Shown here: positions 37,146-41,081 of the stretch, piece after piece
Position numbering within the stretch: the first letter of the stretch is position 1
How the letters are laid out: each line of letters starts with the position of its first letter
Source: Polyangiaceae bacterium
GTDB lineage: Bacteria; Myxococcota_A; Polyangia; Polyangiales; Polyangiaceae
Assembly (NCBI GenBank): GCA_044222475.1
Contig: JBGANF010000067.1
Coordinates: 1-41,081 of the forward strand
Direction: 5' to 3'
DNA length: 41,081 nt
The notes under the pieces: generated by a model
Told to the model about the DNA's origin: nothing
Databases searched by the model: none
The model's input: the letters and a program-made list of their open reading frames with translations, nothing else
Program-made: the position numbers and the translations under genes

Positions 37146-38905
37146 GGCTCGTTCACGTCACGCTCGCGCTCGCGCTCGTTGGCTGCGGCGGTGCCGTCGC
37201 CCAGCGGCCGCAGGTGAAGCTGCCGGAGCCACCCCCCGAGGACCACGAGCGCCTGGACACCGACGCGATCGTCGCGGCGGTCGTCAAGGTGCGCGGCCTC
37301 GCGCCGAAGACGCCGATCGTGTTCACGACTGTGGACGACGAAGCGTTTGCGGTGAGCTTCCGCGCCGAGATCGATCGGCGGCGACGCGTGCGCGGCGTGA
37401 CCGCCGCGTCGGTCTCGGGTGCGGTCGATCCGAGCTACTACCTCGCCTACTACGACACGGGGAAGCACGAGGTGCTCCTCCGCAAGAAGACCCCGGAGTG
37501 GGCGAAGCTGCAGGACGGACGCGAGCTCGTCGCTCACGAGGTCGAGCACGCGATCCAGGACCAGCACTTCGATCTCGACAAGCTCTTGGCCGAGCCCGAG
37601 GCCGACGTCGAGCGGGCCCACCTCGCGCTGATCGAGGGAGACGCGCAGGCGGTGGCTGCCGGCGCCGCCGCGGTCCTCGACGGGCTCCCGCCGAAGCGCG
37701 CCGTCGTTCGCGCGACGATCATCTCGGAAGGGATCGGCGTCGACACGTACGTCGCCGGCGGGCTCATCGACCCGCGCGTCGCGAGCCTCAAGCCGGTCGA
37801 GCGCGAAGAGATGATCTTCCCGTACCGGCACGGCGCGGGGTTCGTCGGCGCGCTCGTGCGCGCGGGTGGTTTCGCCCTGGTGGACAAGGCGTTTGCTCGC
37901 CCGCCTGCGTCGAGCGCCGAGATCATCCACCCCGAGGCGTACCTGGCCGGGCGCGTGCGACAGGAGGTCCAGCCGATCGCCGACCCGGTGGGGTGGACCG
38001 CCGTCGGTCCGAAGGGGGCGGTCGGCGAGCTCGCGCTCCGGAACGTGCTCACGAGCTTCGGCATCCCGCCCGAGCGGGTGCACCCGATCGCGGCAGGCTG
38101 GCGCGGCGACAGCTTCGTGACCTTCAAGGGGCCGACGCCCCGCGCGGCGTACGCGTGGACGTTGGCCATGGCCGACGAGCCGCAGGCGTCGGTCCTCGCG
38201 CTCACGCTCGCCGCGCACGGGCGCGCCCAGCAGCGCGGCAACATCGTCGCGTACGCCGAGGGGTTCCCCGACGCGGTCGCGAAGGACGTCGTCGCGGCGC
38301 TCCTCGCGGCGCCGGTCAAACCACCGCCGCCGCCGGTGCCGCCGTTTGGGGCCATCACGATCCCGCCGCCGCCGCCGCGGATCGAAGAGCGGCTCGAGAT
38401 CCGCGCCACGTACGCTGGCCCCCTGGTGGTCAATCCCAATTTGGGACTGCGGCTCGCGCTCCCGAGTGGCTTCGAGGGCAAGGCGATCGACCAGAAGCCG
38501 GGACTCGTCGGGCTGTTCATCACGCAGGGCGGCGCCATCGCGCTCTCGGTCGACACGTCGCGCCCCACGCCGCTGGTGGTTCGCGCGATGGCCGGCGGTG
38601 TTCTGTCGGGTCTGAAGGCTCAAGGAACGCCGAGCCGCAAGGAAGACGTTCGCACCCACACCTCGCTCGGCGACGTGGGCGAGATGCGCGTCGGCTTCGA
38701 CGCGACGGGTGCTCGCCTGCGGTTCCTCGTGCTTCCGATCTGCAAGCACGAGGCGAGCTTGATGGTGACCTTCTTCCTCCGCGGCGCCGCGGCCGGCGTG
38801 GACGGCGAGTTCGATCGGTGGCTCCAGACGATCGATGCCGCCAGCATCGATTCGAGCCCGATCTGCAGCGAAGTCACGGCCGAACGGACGACCGACCTCC
38901 CTTGA
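37142..38905 (+). CDS. Lipoprotein with gluzincin-like HExxH...E domain (Hvo_1808-like surface protein pattern)
   Basis: TTG start overlapping the GH114 stop; LALVGC lipobox; VRGL, AHEVEHAIQDQHF, LIEGDA, FPYRHG, PPASSAEIIHPEAY, GWRGD. Confidence 0.75.
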   Translation: MRLVHVTLALALVGCGGAVAQRPQVKLPEPPPEDHERLDTDAIVAAVVKVRGLAPKTPIVFTTVDDEAFAVSFRAEIDRRRRVRGVTAASVSGAVDPSYYLAYYDTGKHEVLLRKKTPEWAKLQDGRELVAHEVEHAIQDQHFDLDKLLAEPEADVERAHLALIEGDAQAVAAGAAAVLDGLPPKRAVVRATIISEGIGVDTYVAGGLIDPRVASLKPVEREEMIFPYRHGAGFVGALVRAGGFALVDKAFARPPASSAEIIHPEAYLAGRVRQEVQPIADPVGWTAVGPKGAVGELALRNVLTSFGIPPERVHPIAAGWRGDSFVTFKGPTPRAAYAWTLAMADEPQASVLALTLAAHGRAQQRGNIVAYAEGFPDAVAKDVVAALLAAPVKPPPPPVPPFGAITIPPPPPRIEERLEIRATYAGPLVVNPNLGLRLALPSGFEGKAIDQKPGLVGLFITQGGAIALSVDTSRPTPLVVRAMAGGVLSGLKAQGTPSRKEDVRTHTSLGDVGEMRVGFDATGARLRFLVLPICKHEASLMVTFFLRGAAAGVDGEFDRWLQTIDAASIDSSPICSEVTAERTTDLP

Positions 38906-38925
38906 TCGGGCGCATGCGCGGGACG

Positions 38926-38931
38926 TAGCAT
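38926..38931 (+). promoter_or_regulatory. Putative -10 box TAGCAT of a leaderless promoter
   Basis: 6 nt before ATG 38938. Confidence 0.42.
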
Positions 38932-38937
38932 CGGAGG

Positions 38938-39817
38938 ATGCGCGACCTCGCACCGTGTCCTCGCTGTCGTCGACTTCTCCGCCACCGCGACGCAACGTGT
39001 CCGTTCTGCTTCGCGGTCCGCGCGGTGGCGTTCGCTGCGATCCTGCCGCTGTCGGTCGCGTGCCAGAAGGCGACGAGCGCGACGCAGGACGCGGCTCCGG
39101 CCAACACGACGAGCTCGACCGCCGCGCCGACCGAAACGGCGGCAGCGTCCGCGTCGGTCGTGCCTCCGCTCCCGGCGCTCAGCGCGAACCTGACGCCGAG
39201 CGCGGTCGCGTCGGTGAAGCAAGCGGCGATCGGCCGTGACGGCGGTGCCGATCCCGCGCTGCTCGCCGCGCTGTCGCCCGACGCGGGCGGGTTGATCGCC
39301 CTGCTCGGCGGAGGAGCCGACTCTGGGCTGACGATGACGGGCATCGGCGCCTACGGCGGACCGCCGCCGGGCATCGGTCCGGGGATCGGCGCGTACGGCG
39401 CGGCGCCTTCACCGGGGCTCGGAGCGCTGGCCGCGGGCAACGTGGGCACGAGCGTGAGCAGCACCGCGGTCGGCATCGATGCTCGCGTGGTCGCGTCCCG
39501 CCGGCCGATGTTGCGTGCATGTTACACGAAAGGTCTCGCGGCCAATCCGGACATGAGCGGCAAGCTCAAGCTGTCGGTCGTCGTCACGGCCAGTGGGGCC
39601 GCGACTGCGACCGTTGCGTCGACGTCCGGGACCCTCTCCGAGGCTCAAGCTGTCGGTCGTCGTCACGGCCAGTGGGGCCGCGACTGCGACCGTTGCGTCG
39701 ACGTCCGGGACCCTCTCCGAGGACGTGAAGCAGTGCATGACGCGGAGCATTTCGGTCGGCGTCTACGAGCCGTCGGCGCACACGTTCGACGTCGACATCA
39801 ACGCGACGAACAAATAG
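38938..39817 (+). CDS. Zn-ribbon/AYG membrane protein with AgmX/PglI-like C-terminal domain, frameshifted as assembled by a 79-bp duplication
   Basis: PCPRCRRLLRHRDATCPFC; hydrophobic segment ending SVAC; GIGAYG twice; LRACYTKGLAANPDMSGKL. Removing one 79-bp copy gives a 266-aa ORF ending at 39817. Confidence 0.75.
39564..39721. repeat. 79-bp exact tandem duplication
   Basis: 39564-39642 is identical to 39643-39721. Confidence 0.95.
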
Positions 39818-39839
39818 CTGCCGATCGTCACTACGCTAG

Positions 39840-41081
39840 CTAGTGCGCGCTGAAGTCGAGCGGCACGCTGACCGAGGTGATCCCTCCGGTCGGGCTCGCG
39901 AACTCCATCGACCCGAAGGCCGAGACCAAGCAGCTCTCCACGCTCGCGTCGCTCAGGGTCGATTCGTTGTGGTCGACGTACGTGCCTTTGTAGACGTTGC
40001 CCTCTTCGCCGATCACGAGCTTCACGGTGACGCGGCCTGCGAGGCTGGGCTTCGTCGCCCGCGCTGAGTCGTAGCAGCTGCGAAGCTGAGGGAAGTGCTT
40101 GCGCACCACGCGATCGATGGCGTCCGCCGCGCGCGGCCCCGCGACCGTGAGCTTGCCGAGGGCGATCGCGGGGAGCTTGGGCGGTCCGGGGTCTACCGTT
40201 GGCTTTGAGCTGGGGATCGCAGCCGCGACGGAAGCGGAAGCGGAAGCGGAAGCGGAAGCGGAAGCGGAAGCGGAAGCGGAAGCGGAAGCGGAAGCGGAAG
40301 CGGAAGCGGAAGCGGAAGCGGAAGCGGCAGCGGAAGCGGAAGCGGAAGCGGAAGCGGTAGCGGCAGCGGTCGCTGGCGGCTGGGCCATTCGCCACGCCGC
40401 GTACGCGCCGCCTCCGACGACGATCGCTCCGACCGCGAGGACGAGCGGAAGCGGCGACCGCGCCGCGGGTCGCGAAGGCGGCGTGACGCTCGGCATCGAT
40501 CCCGCGACCGCCGTCGCGTGCAACGGCGAGAGCACCGGCAGAAGCGCTTCGTACGCGGCGGTCGCGTTCGGATACCGCGCCGCGACGTCGCGGTTCACGC
40601 ACCGAGCGAACCATCCGTCGAACCCGCGCGGCAGCGAGGCGCCATACTCCGTCGCGCGTGCCTCGGCCGAGCCGATCTCCTCGAAGAGCACCTCGCGGAG
40701 GAGCTGCGTCACGGTGGGCTCGGGTGCGTTCGCGGATCGCCAATACGGCTTTCCGGTCAGGAGATGGAACGCGATGAGCCCGAGCGCCCACACGTCGGCC
40801 GCGGGGGTGATGGCGCCGCGCTCGGTCTGCTCGGGCGCGAGCCACATCGGCGAGCCCATCGCCGCGGTCGACTTCGCGGCGTCTTCGGCGACGAGCTTCG
40901 CGATCCCGAAGTCGAGCACCTTGACCGTCGACGACGCGCCGGCTCGCAGCGACTTCGCGAGGAAGACGTTTTCCGGCTTGAGATCGCGATGGACGATCCC
41001 CGCGCGGTGCGCTGCGCCGACGGCGTGGCACAGCTGCTCGAAGATCGTCGAGAACTCGGCGACGGGAAGCGCGCCGCGACG
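39840..41081 (-). CDS. Membrane Ser/Thr protein kinase (5'-truncated by the window edge) with AgmX/PglI-like C-terminal domain
   Basis: Frame open to the edge: HRDLKPEN, VLDFG, GSPMWLAPEQ, ADVWALG; TM LVLAVGAIVVGGG; (SA)n linker; LRSCY..PSLAGRVTV..VESCL. Confidence 0.93.
   Translation of the reverse strand, partial: RRGALPVAEFSTIFEQLCHAVGAAHRAGIVHRDLKPENVFLAKSLRAGASSTVKVLDFGIAKLVAEDAAKSTAAMGSPMWLAPEQTERGAITPAADVWALGLIAFHLLTGKPYWRSANAPEPTVTQLLREVLFEEIGSAEARATEYGASLPRGFDGWFARCVNRDVAARYPNATAAYEALLPVLSPLHATAVAGSMPSVTPPSRPAARSPLPLVLAVGAIVVGGGAYAAWRMAQPPATAAATASASASASAAASASASASASASASASASASASASASASASASVAAAIPSSKPTVDPGPPKLPAIALGKLTVAGPRAADAIDRVVRKHFPQLRSCYDSARATKPSLAGRVTVKLVIGEEGNVYKGTYVDHNESTLSDASVESCLVSAFGSMEFASPTGGITSVSVPLDFSAH
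40229..40357. repeat. Hexanucleotide microsatellite (CGGAAG)n encoding a Ser-Ala linker
   Basis: About 21 units with one variant unit (cggcag), in frame in the kinase. Confidence 0.95.

Noticed and set aside
29453..39721. Tandem repeats considered as CRISPR or DGR template/variable repeats
   Set aside because: Only two adjacent copies each, no spacers, no cas or reverse transcriptase gene, and the mismatches are not adenine-specific.
20435..39847. Identical 13-mer cgctagctagtgc at about 20435 and 39835, both at gene ends
   Set aside because: Each is explained by a TAG stop context. No integrase or element boundaries support a target-site duplication.
77..41031. Many long overlapping or antisense ORFs (e.g. 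16575..18932-, 21410..23281-, 23336..25171-, 37028..38995-)
   Set aside because: Arg/Pro/Gly-rich shadow frames expected in high-GC DNA. They carry no motifs and each overlaps a well-supported gene.

Overview
A very GC-rich bacterial window. Gene style points to a myxobacterium, probably Polyangiaceae-like (inference from the many lipoproteins, Ser/Thr kinase, AgmX/PglI-like C-terminal domains and Cys-rich modules). It holds about 32 genes. These include a sugar-modification island at 4.9-15.7 kb (GT2, three GT4, two methyltransferases, nucleotide-sugar dehydrogenase, DegT-type aminotransferase, SDR epimerase and a translationally coupled P450), a group II truncated globin, and about 16 predicted lipoproteins (two HExxH proteins, kelch/IPT, beta-helix, GH114 and others). 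There is also a 1306-aa lipoprotein-FadL-lipoprotein operon, an MltD-like LysM transglycosylase, an M16 peptidase pair and a partial kinase. No rRNA, tRNA, CRISPR or transposase was seen. Most interesting: (i) two proteins with a Zn-ribbon, an internal lipobox and repeated AYG motifs, candidate substrates for post-translational modification; (ii) a shared acidic DAG/DAS/DAA linker after the lipid-anchored Cys of many unrelated lipoproteins; (iii) the giant lipoprotein-FadL operon; (iv) repeated TAnnnT boxes 6-11 nt before start codons, suggesting leaderless mRNAs; (v) two frameshifting tandem duplications (88 and 79 bp) that are probably assembly artefacts. Most long alternative-frame ORFs in the track are high-GC shadows. 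Family calls come from motif recognition only, with no database searches.
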